Positions 51,001 to 64,000 of a stretch of DNA of 64,000 nucleotides are shown here, in pieces. The position numbers were made by a program, and so were the translations under genes. Each line of letters starts with the position of its first letter. The first letter of the stretch is position 1. Source of the DNA: Hormiphora californensis (Eukaryota > Animalia > Ctenophora); the NCBI GenBank assembly GCA_020137815.1, contig CM035351.1:7130001-7194000 (forward strand), given 5' to 3'. The notes under the pieces are model-generated. The model saw only the letters and a program-made list of their open reading frames with translations, searched no databases and was not told the DNA's origin.

Positions 51001-54000
51001 CGCTGCTGGGGGCTGAACCGGTGGGGGTCCCTCCTTTCCATCTTTCTTGGTGGTATTTCCACCCCTCTTTCTCCTTGTGTTCTTCTCCTCTTCCTCCCTT
51101 TGTCTATCTAACTCAGCCTGCTCCTCTGCAATCCTGGCCCTCTCAGCCTGCATCTCTCTCTCCTTCTTCATCTTCTCTCTTTGCAGCTTCATTATTTTCT
51201 TGTCGTATATTGCCTTCGTCTCCTCGTCCAACACATCATACTCATCTTCAGAGAGGTACTCTATCTCAACCTCTTTCTCCTCCGCGATCCGCTTCTCGCG
51301 AGCTTTCTGGGCTAGTTCGGCAGCTAGCAACTCTTGCCTGGAGAAGGGTTAAAGTGGATCATGGGCCAAAGGATGGTGTAAACCTCAGAAAAGTACATTT
51401 TATGAAACTCGGCCTTAATGACCGGGGTATGTCCCACTTACTTTTCAATCATCTGTTCCATGGTTATCTTCAGATCCACTACATAGATGAAGGGTCTGTC
51501 TCCTAGAGCCTGGAGAATCACCTTGATCGTGTGAACTTGAGAGCTGGTGAACTTACACTCTACCCCATCAAACACAATTCCTCTCTGACAATCCGCCCAT
51601 GACAACCTGTAGGAAGTGGTTGTTTTTATTCGAAACTAATACATCATTCTACAAGACTAATCTATAAAAACATATCATTCAAGTATGAACCCATAATCAT
51701 GATAATAAGATCGGGGTTTCTTTAACTACCTTTGTAATAAAATCTCAACAACAATCTCGTCAGGAAGAACACACGGAAAAGGTGTGATAGTTTCCTGTTT
51801 CAAATCGCCGACTATTGGGGAATCAGCCGCTATTGCAGCTGACGCTGGGGCTCCCTCTTTAACCACCTTAGCCGCTGGGCCACCTCCAGCCTTGTTCGCG
51901 CCACCCGGCGGTGGTACTTTTGCTGAAAACACAAAAGGGATGATTGTCTTCTGAGCTGAAAGTTTTAACTGAATAGGGCAGCAGCTCAGCTCAACGATAG
52001 AATTATAAGCGAGCCAGTGAAAGAATACAAAGCTTCATGAACAGTGATTTGTTGGAATCAAGTGGTGTATCATTCCGTGCAAAGGGCAAAAAGCTGGTAG
52101 TTTCAAAATCCTGTATGCAAGATATATCAGCGGTACATGTGAATGGGACTTGTTATTTTCATGCTTCGACCAATTGCTACTTACACATACGCCTACCTCC
52201 ACCCTTTGCGCCTTTCCCCTTTGCCGTGTCCGCATTTCCCTGCATCGCAGCATCCTCTTCAAGGGCCAGCTGTCGGGCATTCATGCAGAATTCACGGGCT
52301 TGTAGTCCTGATTCGTGGGATCCAGACACTATTGCCTCGTGGATGACATCATCAATGGTAATAATAGCTGCACTGTACGCTCTAGCGATCTCCTGGACAG
52401 AGGGGAAATACAGGTAAAATAAAGATAGAAAGGCAGAAATGGGGTGGGCGGGGGGGGGGCCGGCTGAAGTTTTTGAAGTTTTTGAAGTCAACTTCAAAAA
52501 CTTCAAAGAGAAACTTAGGGTGGAAAACTTCAAAAACTTCAAAAACTTCAAAAACTCATATCTCCTAAACCGTTGGAGATAGGCCCTATGTTGCTTCATA
52601 ACTCGTATATAAACTTGCATATTCCGAACGAGATACACCCCTTTAAAAAGCCTATAGTCACTCATAAACCATTAAAACTGGTCTAACCTAAAAAAGTCAT
52701 GCGCATACACAAAATTATGAAAATATCCCATTATCCCTCGAATTAGAGGAGGTGGAGACTTCATTTTGGCACGTATCCCCACTAACTCGAGGCCGCTGAT
52801 GATTTTGGTGTCCATATTTTTTTCACTACTCCATTCATAAAAAATTTGCATTTTGTGAAACTGGCAAAAAGGATGTGGCCCCAAAAAATTTTTGAAAATT
52901 TACTTCATAATTTTTAAACACTTTCTTAGCATTTTCTAGGCAATTTTTTGAGTTATGAGTTAGAATGAAAATAAAATCTGTTAGAATGAAAATAAAATCT
53001 GTTTTTACAAAAAAATTAAATTTTTTCCACCAAATTATGCCATGGATTTCAAGGCTAGGAATCATTGTAAATATCCTAATTTGTGGTAGAAAAAGGGCAG
53101 ACAAGGACGGATAACTTTGCCACAATATGTATTAAGCATGAAACTAACCTAAACAAGTGTAATAATAGTCACTGATAGCATATAAAAGTAGTTTAGAGTT
53201 TTTGAAGTTTTTGAAGTTTTTGAAGTCAACTTCAAAAACTTCAAAAACTCAAAAAGTAGGGTGGAAAACTTCAAACTTCAAAAACTTCAGCCGGCCCCCC
53301 CCCGGGTGGGCCTGGGGAAATACAGGTAAAACAAAGATAGAAAGGCAGAAATGGGATGATCTTCAAGTTAGAATGATGAACTATACCTGGGCCTGGAATG
53401 ATTTTCCACTAAATGGTGCACCACACAGTACCAGGTTGAGTCCCTTCCGGTATCGAGCCGCTATACCCTCCTTGCTCAAATCAATACCAAGATATCGGGC
53501 TATAGCCGCCTGGGCTGGTGTTATCTCTAACTCTCCCACACCCTCCTCTGTAGGACTGCTTACATCAGCCTCCATACTTTCCTCCACCAACACAGACCCA
53601 GCCTCGGGGGTTGGTTGCCGAAGGGGGTCCTCAACTGGTTGTGCTGACTCCGCTCCACCAGGAGGGGCAGGGGTTGGTGAGTCACCCTGATCTCCATCAC
53701 TCTTCTGTTCCGTATCAGTAGCGGTGGCAGGTTTATGGATGCTAGTTATCTCCTCAGGTAGTCCCTCCCCCGCGTTACGTGGTGGCAGAAGCAACATGGA
53801 CTGCTCATTGTAACCCTTCGTCTCCCGGAGGATCTCCTCCTCGATAAGATACTGTTTGTCGAACTCTAAACTGTACATCTCAATCGGGAAGGGACATGGA
53901 TTTCGGACAAGGACATCCTTCTCATCGCCCAGAGAGTGCGGTAAAATGGGCTCAAATGTGACATGTCCCATGTCGAATTCCAGCTTTGGCTCAATGCCAG

Positions 54001-57000
54001 ATCCCAATACGGTTAGGAATATCTTCCGGATGCTCTGTGCAATTCGAATAGGAATTCTTTGGAGATATCGAGTCTGAAAAAGAAGGGATGGTCAGCACAA
54101 TACAGATAAAATACTTGAGGACTATTTCTACTTAGTTTAGAAACATAAAGGAGACTTGATTGCTACCTCATCAAGGGGCATGAACTTGACTTGAATGTTA
54201 GCCCTCTGTCCAGGCAGTAGGTGCCCAAGTGGAGGGAATCAGTTCGAACTCTTGGGGAGTCTCTTTCTCCATCTTCGGCCATCTGCTTTCCTCCTATACA
54301 TCGGGATCATACGCTCTTTCTGGGGAGGGGAAGTCACGATTAGGTTGGGAATTTAGAAGAGATATATATTCGAAAATGTATGATATCATCGTAGGGCCAG
54401 AATGCAGTGGTGTGAGTTGTGACAATTGCAAAGGTGTTTTATTGTCAGATTTACCTTTCGTTTAGCGGCAACACTGGGTTTGGAGGTCCAACTACAGGGG
54501 ACCTGATTATTGTTAAACAACTGGACAGTGACTATCGAACACTCTCCACATTTCACATTTCCAAAGTCGATGGTATCACTGGATATGAACAAGTCGGGCA
54601 TAGTGACATGCGCCTGGATCCTTAGTGAGAAGGCAGGACCTCCAACAACCTAAGAGCGGGGGTTGGTGAGGACAGGTTTAGAATCCCACTATCACAGGTT
54701 TAAAATCCCACTATTTCAATCACCATGAGCCCAAACAAAATATTGGTAGTTAGTAGAGCGATACGATGGGTTTTCTTAAATGATTTCAAACCGTGTGTAA
54801 ACTCACATTGAAGGGAACGATGGCAGAGTAGACGCCCTGGTCATTAGTCTTTGGATCAAAGTTAACATTGAATGTCACCGTCTCACCCGGAGGGAGCTGT
54901 CTCACTTTATCCAGCCCTAGGAAGAATCCAGATCCAACAATTACTGAACGGTCAACAGTGAATGAAACAGGGAATGAGCCGTTATTGACCACATCCACTG
55001 TTTGGGAACAGGTGCTCCCTGCTACAATGTGTCCAAAGTCCAGGAAGTAGTCCGCTAGTTGGGCCCTGGACAAAGAGTACCGGGTTAATATAATATCATG
55101 ATTTGATAAAAGATATTCTAGACAGTGTTTTATAAAAGGCCAGTGACGGTAATAGTGACGGTAATAGTGACGGTAATAGTGACGGTAATAGTGACAATCT
55201 TACTTACTTTGCCTTTTTCTTCCTCGAACCTCCCTCCTGTGTGATAGCACGAGTATTCTCAGCAAACTGTCTAACCATCAACCTCTCTGCCTCAATCTCT
55301 ACCTCTTCCTCAGACGGGAACTCGAGGGAGTCGTTAGATTTGCTACTACTAGAGGAATTGAGGGTATCTCTCCTCAGACACTCATGAGCCTCAGCCAGGA
55401 AACCCGCATAGACACCGCTCTGGTCTCCGAACCGGGGGAGACTCAGTTTCAAACGGGGGAACACACCAGATCCAACTACTTCAATGGTATCGGGTTCAAA
55501 ATGGGCCACTTGAATCTGGAACTGCTTGTTGAATCTATCAGGTACACCCGGGTAGTACTTGACAATGAAGGTTGAGGAGGAGTAAGGGGGAATCTTGCCC
55601 TTATCTGTTGGCAAAACGGACAATCTACCAGGAAGACAGTCGTCCTCTCCGGATCCATTGATGATGTTGTAATCAAGGGGGATTTTACCTCTGTTGTACA
55701 GCTTTATCTCTGTTATTGCAGTTTGGTCGTAATGCTGAGGAGAAAAGGAGGAGGGGGTAAATTGGTGAAAGTGACAAGTGAAAGAAAAAACAGCAAACAC
55801 ATTTGAGTTGTGAACATGGAAGTAGGACTTCTGACATCTTCCTCTAACTTACCACTTGGTCTAGATCAATAAAGAGTGTATCGAACTCGTACTCCACAAG
55901 AGAGGATTGTCCCTTCATATCAATCCTATACTTTGGTCCACCGTCGACATCACAAATCGCCTGAGCACTTCTCTCGGAGAAGGCATGGCCATAGAATGAG
56001 AACTGGAGAGTCTGTGATTCCCCCGGTTCAATAGTCCCATGTAGGGGGAGAATGTCAAACACTTGCTCAACTGGAATTTCAGCGGGCTCCGGGGGAGACT
56101 TCTCAACTAGGAGATAGTCCTCTAAACTTCCATCTTCCGAGCCTTCCTTGATACTTAGCGCCCCTTCTAGTTCTGGTTCTAAGGAAATGAATTGTGGTTT
56201 CAGAACTACTGATACCAGATACAGTCCGATAGAGGTGCTTGAGAGAGTTTGGAAAAAAATATTAATTTTATTTACCTGGTTCAGATTCTACCGGTGTGGG
56301 AATGTTGAAGTACCATTGGTAGTTTACAGTCAGCTGTGAACTGTTAGTAACTGTAACATATCGGGAGATCTCGGTATCATTCAAAATACACCCAAAATCA
56401 ATGGACTGGTCTTCGAACTTGAGATTAGGGAACACCACCTCTCCCATCAGATCAATGTAGTCCTATTGAGGGGGGGGGGGGGTTAGCACAACAAAACTAA
56501 TAACTAAACATGTATTTATTAGGCTACCGGCTACAGCTGCTTTAGTCTGTGTCTGTATTATGAGTCATAAACTACAAAAAAAGCGAATCATACTAACCAA
56601 GTGGGGGTGTTCCTTGTAGAATACAGTGATTTGAGAGTTGATGCTCCTACACACCCAATCCTCCGTCTTGTAGCATGGGTCAAACAACACCTTGAACTGA
56701 ACAGAGACAAAATGGGTTAACACTGCAGCAGTCATTAGTAGCAAGTAGCAACATAGTGTGGCGCATTGTGCGTAGGCCACGGAGAGTCGAGTGAGCGAGA
56801 TATTTACCTTGACAATTTCACCACTCTGTAAGACAAGAGTTTGTTTTTGTGTTTGGGTGTCCTCTGTGCACATAAGTGTGAAGGGATAGTTGAGGGCAAG
56901 GGTGACTGTTAGGGGGAGGGTGCTAATATTGATCATCTCCATCTCCTTTACCATCACATCCAGCATTGTATCTGGGCTCTGAGAGGGGAGAGAGTTATTA

Positions 57001-60000
57001 GATGATAATAATAATAATAATAATAATATCTAGACTTGTATCCTGCCCAGATCCCCCAGGGACAGCATAGCATAGCTAATACTGCCACTGAGGGATAATC
57101 AGAGCAGTTTACTCACACACTCAACCAAAATTAGATTCAAAAACGGTGGTAAAAACCAAATTAACTTGCTCTCATGAGATGGAAGAAATACAATCGGATT
57201 CATAACAGACATAAATGGTAAGAAGACAAAAAATATAGTTTCAAAAAATATCCTCTACAACCTTTACACCTCTCCAAAAAACTTTATCAGATCAAAAAAG
57301 GTTCAGATGATACCAAGAGAAATTGGGAAAAGGGGGCTCCCTGGTAGTTTATCTGTTCGTACAGGGTTGGATCAAGTGAGCACGGACTATCATGGGGTTA
57401 TCAAATTTTACCTTGAGGAAAGTGAAATTCAGGCTCTTCTGGGAGAAGCTCAGATAGGGATGGACAAACTGGGCCCTCAGATCCACTTCAAAGACCGTAT
57501 CTTTGTTAGTGTTTTTGCCGATCAGGGCCTGACACAGCAGCTGCTGTTGCACATCACCCGGGTCCTTGGAAAACCCGTTAATTGTTATCTGTTGGACTGC
57601 ACCGGGCTCGATTACAAGCTTGTCGGGGGTAACAGAGAACACAGGAACAGGTGGAGCAGGCACCTGGAGAGAGAAAGAATAATTCAGCATCTAGCTATAG
57701 TTAGTTAGGGGATTTTAGTAAAAAAAGGGCCAAGTTTTCAGCAAAATTTTTAACAAGCTAATTTCTTCACCAATAGGTCCGGATAGGTGTCTAGTATGAC
57801 CAAAAAAAAGTACACGATAATCGGAAGTGCGCACGCGCGCTGAGCGCGCAAGAAGTAAACACATGTAATTACAGGTATTTCTAGCCTGGCACGAAAACCC
57901 AAAAACCATCTTAGGAGACGAGTAGAGAAAAAATCAAGGGCACTAGATTGTGTAGCGTCCTCGCATTAGTGGGGGTAGGTGCTGGAATTAAGTCTCTATC
58001 TCATCTGGTTAATTAGATAATTGGATAATTAGATATGCGCATAACCGTATTTTGGCTATATGGCTATAGCCACTTAGGAATGGTTTAGAGACTTTTCACT
58101 GGTGCCATTTTGTAGGCAATAGCCAAGTTATGGGGGGTCGACGTCTGACTTTTAAGCTCTATCTCCAACCGTTTGGCTGCTATTTGGCTTTAAAGATGCT
58201 CAAAATCGGGCTTTTTACCGTTTTTTGCTCATTTTGAGCATCTTTAAAGCCAAATAGCAGCCAAACGGTTGGAGATAGAGCTTAAAAGTCAGACGTCGAC
58301 CCCCCATAACTTGGCTATTGCCTACAAAATGGCACCAGTGAAAAGTCTCTAAACCATTCCTAAGTGGCTATAGCCATATAGCCAAAATACGGTTATGCGC
58401 ATATCTAATTATCCAATTATCTAATTAACCAGATGAGATAGAGACTTAATTCCAGCACCTACTCCCACTAATGCGAGGACGCTACACAATCTAGTGCCCT
58501 TGATTTTTTCTCTACTCGTCTCCTAAGATGGTTTTTGGGTTTTCGTGCCAGGCTAGAAATACATGTAATTACATGTGTTTACTTCTTGCGCGCTCAGCGC
58601 GCGTGCGCACTTCCGATTATCGTGTACTTTTTTTTGGTCATACTAGACACCTATCCGGACCTATTGGTGAAGAAATTAGCTTGTTAAAAATTTTGCTGAA
58701 AAAATATACTAAAATCCCCTTATTAAGTTTTACAAACTGATGTAAGGTGTTACCATCGTAACAACAGAATCGGTTTTCTAAACAGTTCCTAAATGATCTC
58801 TACTTTCTCCGTCCCCAACTTACCATCATTGACTTGACGTTGTGTCTCTTCACAGGTTTCAGCCCATCCACCGTCCAATACAGAACCTGCTTCCTCCTTC
58901 CCCTGTTCTCCAGGTTAAACCGATAGGACACGGGTCTAGATGAGAACAGTGGACCGAGGTCCATTATTGGTGAAATGGCGGGGCTGGCCACAATCGTTGT
59001 ACCCTTTCCAACCGCGTAAAGGGAGATCAGATGGCTCGCACTATTCTCAATATCCACCCTTAGACTATCAGTAAACCTCACACTATCGTTCAGCAACACT
59101 GATACCTCCAACTCCACTGTCTTATTTTCCTCTATCACGCCCGTGGAAGGGATGACACGGTAAACAGAGTTCTGTTTTTCAACCTGGGCAGTAAAATGAG
59201 CGGGTATCTTGCTCTCATTGCTGAGGAGGACCCGCTGGGTGGTTCTCGAAAGAACGGGAATTGTCCCAAAGTTGAGGTCCAATGTATCTGCACTGACAAC
59301 CGGTCCCTCACCAACACAACTCAGCAATATCTCCATGGGTCGAGACGGGGAGCCAATGATTTTGATCGTCAGAACCTCTTTTATATCGTTCAACTGGGTC
59401 GCCTTCACCGTTATGGGTATCTCAATTGTGGACCGAGGCTGTATTACACTCTTGGGTATGGAGCTGGAGTAAAGGATACCCGGGGTGACTCCCTCTCCGG
59501 TCTGCTGGGGGATCAGCTCATACTTAGCGGGGTGATCCTCAGTGTTCTCAATACACACACTCATCGTGTTGGGGTGGTTTAGGAAGAGCCGTTTATAGTC
59601 CAGAATGGGGGTTTGTAGGATCACTTTGGGTACTACACAGTGAGCCATAATGGGCACACTTAGTACCCTGTCCCCTACACCGTGTACATCAACAACCAGC
59701 TTCCTTCTGGTATTCCCCAATGTTACTGGGGACAAAGTCAACTTGAACCCTCTCGCTCTCTCCCGGAGACAGGACTCCCTCATCCGGGGACACTTCAAAT
59801 TCAGCACCACCACAATACTGCCTCTTCTCACCCGGTATATGTCTCGCGTTTGTATCAGTCTGGAATCCTCAACTTGTACCTCATGGCGATGTCACTGGTG
59901 TTGGAGATGGTGACGATTTGGGAGTGCACAAAACCGTAACTAACCACCCCAAATTTGACACATTCCGTGTTAAAGTGGAAGGTCGGTCCGATGACCGTGC

Positions 60001-61928
60001 CGTGCATTCGGAGCTTGTTGATATCCTTCGCTCCCTCGATCTTGAACTTGAATTCCTCGGAGAAAGTTCCCAGGATGTTTGACTGGAAGACAATTTTAAT
60101 GAGTTGAAGATCTCCAACGGGAATATGGCCACTGTCTGGGAAGAAGGAAAACAACTTCCCGAATACGGTGTCTGGGGAAATCAAGCTGAAATCAATGGGA
60201 ATTCTCTCCCCTGTTCTCTAGCAGAACCTCATAAGAGTGCTTGGAGCCAATGAAAATGTTCCCAATATCAATAGAATCGCAGGAAAAGTTGGCTTTTGGC
60301 CCGATGCCATAACCAGTTATCTTCAGAGGCAACCGGGACTCTCTCCCTGTGATGTCACAATAAACTCTCCTGACATATTGATCCATTTTGTCTGGTTTAA
60401 ACATCACAGTGATCTCTGTACTGGAATTGGGCCAGATTTCCCCGGAGATCGGTTCCAATGTTATGTTGTCATCCTCAAACAACAAGAGATCATCCTCCAC
60501 GGCCATCTTTTTGTTTTGGTAGGTCTGGGAGACGAGGGAGAGCTCGTGGCGCTTAGTTGGGTCTGAGATGCACTGTTTCATGAACTTGTCTAGATCACTC
60601 TCCTCGTCTGACTCTAGATCCTGGAAACATCTGAAATAAAGGGGGACATATGTACAAGAGAATGAACATCAAATCAAAACATCATGTCCGGAACTTTCAG
60701 GGTACACGTCAAATGTGTGTGTGTGTGTTTGGCAGAACTTACGATTTCTTGATTTCCTCTTCCTTGCTCCGACTGGCATACTTTTTCCACTCATACCGAA
60801 CAACAATGTTGCTCCTGTTGTGGATGGTAAATGTTTTCTGTGTAGAGAGAGTGATGTAGGTGGACTCCATCTTTATCTGGTTTTTCTCCAGCCGAATATT
60901 AGCATCTGTTGCATTGCCACTCAATTCAATGGCAATGTTCTCACCTAAAAAACACATGTCATTGAAATGAAAACTTTTATTCTTTGTATCAGCCAAATAA
61001 TTAGGTTAATTGTAGTAAGCAAATCAAAGTGAAGCAAAGCTTACCGGTATCGTATTGTAACACCATGTCGTTGATATGAGTTCCTGTCACAAGAGGATCA
61101 AATGTTACATGGACCTGCATTGATCCACCAACACCTAGGGAGCCATGGGAGGGTGCCACTGAATAAGGCTCCTCTGTTTTGAATGAAAACCTCGCCTCCC
61201 TGCTCCCGATATTCCTCACCAACAGGGTCTTGGTGGTCTTGTGTTTTACCGGTTGTATCCCAAACTCAATATTATCAGGCAGATCCAGGACTGCCCGAGA
61301 TCCCATACAGTGAACAGGAATTAGGAACTTCTCTCGCTCCGTCGCGACCACAATCTCGTGGTAGTAATCTTTCTGCTCCGCGGGCATGAATTTAATGACG
61401 AAAGTGATGTCGATACCAGGGGCTACCTTGGCACTTGCATTTGGAGGGGTAATGATATCAAAGTAGGGTGACTCGACTTGAGAGACTCTGACCGCACGGG
61501 CAACTTTATCGTTATTTCGAAGGGATAGGGGGATTTCATACGACTGACAGGGCACGTATCTTTGGAAGTGAAGCTCTGAGGGAAACGGCTGGAACAAGGG
61601 CTCATTGATCCCAAGCTGAGTGTCCTTGATATTTGAAAATGCTGAGATATCTAGCAACTGAATTATCTTTGGGAGACGCATCTCTTTCGTTTGACGTAAC
61701 CGCTCATCCGTGCTCATCGACGAGAGATGGAAATATATGGATGGCTTCGTCTGAAATAAAAAGAGGGAATTTAGAGAAGGTAATTGATTAGATGAGACTA
61801 ATATAAAGTGTGGAAACACATAAACTACCTACCTTCTCTGACTCTGCAGCTGTGGGGACCAAGGCTGGTCTCGAGCACAGCTGACTCTTCTTCACCGCCA
61901 CCGGAGGCGCAGGATCAAACAATGACAT
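36056..61928 (-). CDS. HYDIN: Hydrocephalus-inducing protein homolog (axonemal central-pair protein with ASH/Ig-like domain repeats), full-length multi-exon
   Basis: N-terminal LFQPFPSELHFQRYVPCQSYEIPLSLRNNDK...KVAPG...EREKF...LLVRNIG, many ASH-type repeats, an internal P-loop-like GAPFSGKS, a charged coiled-coil and C-terminal WVFYLKGI match HYDIN. ATG at 61928, stop at 36056. Several +1 indels occur inside exons. Confidence 0.95.
36581..36735. repeat. ~78 bp tandem duplication in a HYDIN intron
   Basis: aaaataatatcaaactgccacgtcatgttca...ccttattattaacatt..tatagcagctctgtac occurs twice. Confidence 0.85.
44636..48105 (+). CDS. Nested antisense WD40-repeat gene with an acidic C-terminal tail, interrupted by a transposon at codon 16
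   Basis: Removing 44683-46145 plus one AGTC gives MFQCRPLIGYQTKIKSATLHTDEKTIYTISSDYSIRVWD...; further repeats such as SHGDSVTCASFD...SGSLDKTVSLWD. An intron at 46972-47717 joins in phase 2 to exon 47718-48105. Confidence 0.8.
44683..46145. mobile_element. Non-autonomous foldback DNA transposon, Chapaev/CMC-like
   Basis: About 710 bp near-perfect inverted arms, spacer at about 45391-45436, termini 5'-CACGGCG...CGCCGTG-3' and a 4 bp TSD AGTC (44679-44682 / 46146-46149). Confidence 0.85.
47086..47680 (-). mobile_element. Helentron/DINE-1-like non-autonomous element (HINE)
   Basis: Sub-terminal inverted repeats TTATATACCCTGCT (47204-47217) and AGCAGGGTATATAA (47664-47677), plus the terminal palindrome AGTTTATCCGCCA-G-TGGCGGATAAACT (47086-47112). 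Confidence 0.5.
52450..53303. mobile_element. Non-autonomous TIR element with an 8 bp TSD (Merlin/MULE-like)
   Basis: G-run-CCGGCTGAAGTTTTTGAAG... and ...CTTCAAAAACTTCAGCCGG-C-run termini with 9 bp sub-repeats; GGGTGGGC on both sides (52442-52449, 53304-53311). Confidence 0.75.
55143..55196. repeat. (GTGACGGTAATA)n 12-mer tandem repeat, intronic
   Basis: About 4.5 copies visible. Confidence 0.85.
57708..58719. mobile_element. ~1 kb foldback element, PIF/Harbinger (Tourist)-like
   Basis: About 490 bp inverted arms, termini GGGGATTTTAGTA...TACTAAAATCCCC and a TTA duplication at 57705-57707 / 58720-58722. Confidence 0.85.
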
Positions 61929-63589
61929 CCTGGCCTGGTGAGAATATCGTGTAAGGTATTAAAAGGGTAACTTTTTAGTGTATTCTGTGTTGCCAATAGG
62001 CAATAGGGCGGGGTCTCCGGAGGTCTGCCTCGCGGCTCGCTTGAAACCCAGTTTCCACTGAGTTTCTCGACAAAGTTAAGCTTTTAGAAAAGAGAGTGAA
62101 TAATTATCTTTCGTGGTATCAACATGGAACGAGCATAAACCATGAGCGTCGAGCATAGAACGAAACAAAAAGTTTAAGAAGCTGAAGTAGAAAAAGTTTT
62201 TTACAAAACGTGCAAGAAATCTAAAAAACGCGATAAAATTGAAAATTACACGGGTGAAACGCGCGGCGCAGACGTCATACTCGCGCGGCTTTACATTTGC
62301 GCGTCCGATTTGACAGCTCGATGGGACGAGGATATTTCTGACGTTCAAATTGCAATTTCAAGTGAGCCAGTAAACATTTGAATCCTGAAATTTATTTGAA
62401 AACAGGGCGTTGTTGTCATGGTTGGGCGTGGCTGCTTTCTCTTGGCGCTGACTATTTTAGCAACTGCCCTGAGACGGTTGAGGGTGCGCGGCTCAAACTG
62501 TGCGCTGCGCAATCAGTGAGTGCTGACCACAGTCACAGCTCTACCATGTGGGGGAGGAAATTTTGCTAGCAATAAGCAAGCGATGTGTCTTGTTCTGTTT
62601 ATAGCGATGACGTAGCTAATAGCTACCAAATGTACACACAATCTACACACACATTAACACACCCTAACACTTTGTTTTTCTATTTCCTGGGAAAGTGGCA
62701 GTGAAATGTGAATGTTTCTGATCATTTTACAAAGGCTTGTCCCCACTCCTAACTCCACACCCTCTTATGTAGTTTGCAGTTTGAATCTTCATTAGGTCAC
62801 GAGATGGTCAGACGAAGATAATCGTATAATGATGTGAAAACAAAGAAGGGACAGAAAAGGGATGGTAAAGTAATAAGTATTGAGTAACGTAGCTAGAATA
62901 ACAGAGAGAGGGAGAGAGATAGAAAAAGGAGTGGACATAAGAGAAGTTTTCCATCTCAAGATGTGGAGATGGAGTTTGAATCCTTGTGTGCAGCAATGAC
63001 AGTGCACAGCTTGTAGCTTACTGAATCTCTACTATCCGAACCGTGTGTATGTCTGTGTGTATGTGTATGAGATTAAAGATGCATGTGAGATTGAACTGCC
63101 GGAAAGAGAGCGAGAGAGAGAGAGAGAAAGGGAGAGATGGAGAGAGACACACAGAGAGACAAAGAGGGGAGGAGAAGGATAGCTCCGAGATCTCTTCTTG
63201 ATATATCTAGAAGAAGATAGGAGCAATTGTCTGGATATAATGATGAATGATAAAGTCATCATGTCCGATGATATATAATATCATGCGCACTCTGTATCAC
63301 GAGGAAATGCAGCAGCAATGTTACATCATTCATGTTACATCATTCTACATCATGTGATTATGAAGAGCTCTATTATCCGTTCCTAATTCTATATTCTCCC
63401 CTAACTCATATCTCTCCACCTTCCCTAATTCTCTCTCTCGGTGATCCCCTCTCCATCTCTAACCAGTGCTAAACAGCGTCAGTTACACGCACCGCAATAT
63501 AAATGCCACACAGTGTAGTTAACACATTCCCAGTGTATATAATAGAGGCGGTCATGATCAACCTATTTATAGTATCACATTGCAGCTTG

Positions 63590-63721
63590 TCCCCCTCTCT
63601 CTCTATCTTTCTTTCTTTCTCTCTCTATCTCTTTCTTTCCCTTTCTCTCTCTTTCCACACACTCACGAACACGCGTAATGGCTCAAGTTGAGGTTCCTCT
63701 ACACACAAAGCTGTACAAACA

Positions 63722-63767
<46 letters not shown>

Positions 63768-63832
63768 ACTCTCTATCTCTCTCTCTCTCTCTCTCTCTCG
63801 CTCTATCTCTCTCTCTCTATCTCTCTCCCTCT
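63590..63832. repeat. Imperfect (CT)n microsatellites
   Basis: Directly visible. Confidence 0.85.
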
Positions 63833-64000
63833 CGTTATCTTTCTTCCTCCAGTTTCGTTTCGGCTTGCACATGTTCTCATATTCTGAGCTATGAGTAGCT
63901 TTCTATTCTCATTAGAGACTCCCCTCCTCTTTCCCTCTCCTCTTTCTTTCTATCTTTCTACATCATCCTCTTTCTATCTTTCTACATCATCTCAATATAT

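Noticed and set aside
44683-58719. Long palindromes as assembly fold-back artefacts
   Set aside because: Both have distinct spacers, arm substitutions and target-site duplications, and HYDIN exons continue collinearly on each side.
57715-58740. Two nearly identical 64-70 aa ORFs on opposite strands
   Set aside because: Mirror images from the palindrome arms, with no transposase or other protein features.
39123-59939. Plus-strand ORFs of 100-230 aa overlapping HYDIN exons (for example 39123, 41747, 49605 and 53202)
   Set aside because: Antisense shadows of coding exons with no domain signatures.
61985-62470. RFX X-box motifs expected upstream of a ciliary gene
   Set aside because: Only partial matches (GTTGCCAATAGGCAAT, GTTGTCATGGTT) that do not fit the consensus spacing or sequence.

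Overview
Gene-dense eukaryotic (animal) genomic DNA with short GT-AG introns and many (CT)n/(GA)n microsatellites. The gene families and layout suggest a ctenophore, but that is inference only. Genes from left to right: a partial WD40 gene (-), a single-exon BTB/POZ-like gene with truncated copies (+), a Maverick/Polinton-type protein-primed family-B DNA polymerase split by at least 11 spliceosomal introns and lacking other viral genes nearby (+, about 12.2-17.5 kb), a frameshifted rhodopsin-like GPCR (+), GNPNAT1/GNA1 (-), two tandem NUDT22-like Nudix genes (-), a transmembrane RING E3 ligase (-) and a complete ~26 kb HYDIN gene (-). HYDIN introns hold three non-autonomous TIR elements with target-site duplications and an antisense nested WD40 gene. 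A 1.46 kb Chapaev-like palindrome interrupts that nested gene and supplies a new in-frame ATG. Several +1 indels in HYDIN suggest uncorrected long-read errors, so other frameshifts here should be read cautiously. All gene models were assembled by hand from the sequence and not checked against databases or transcripts.
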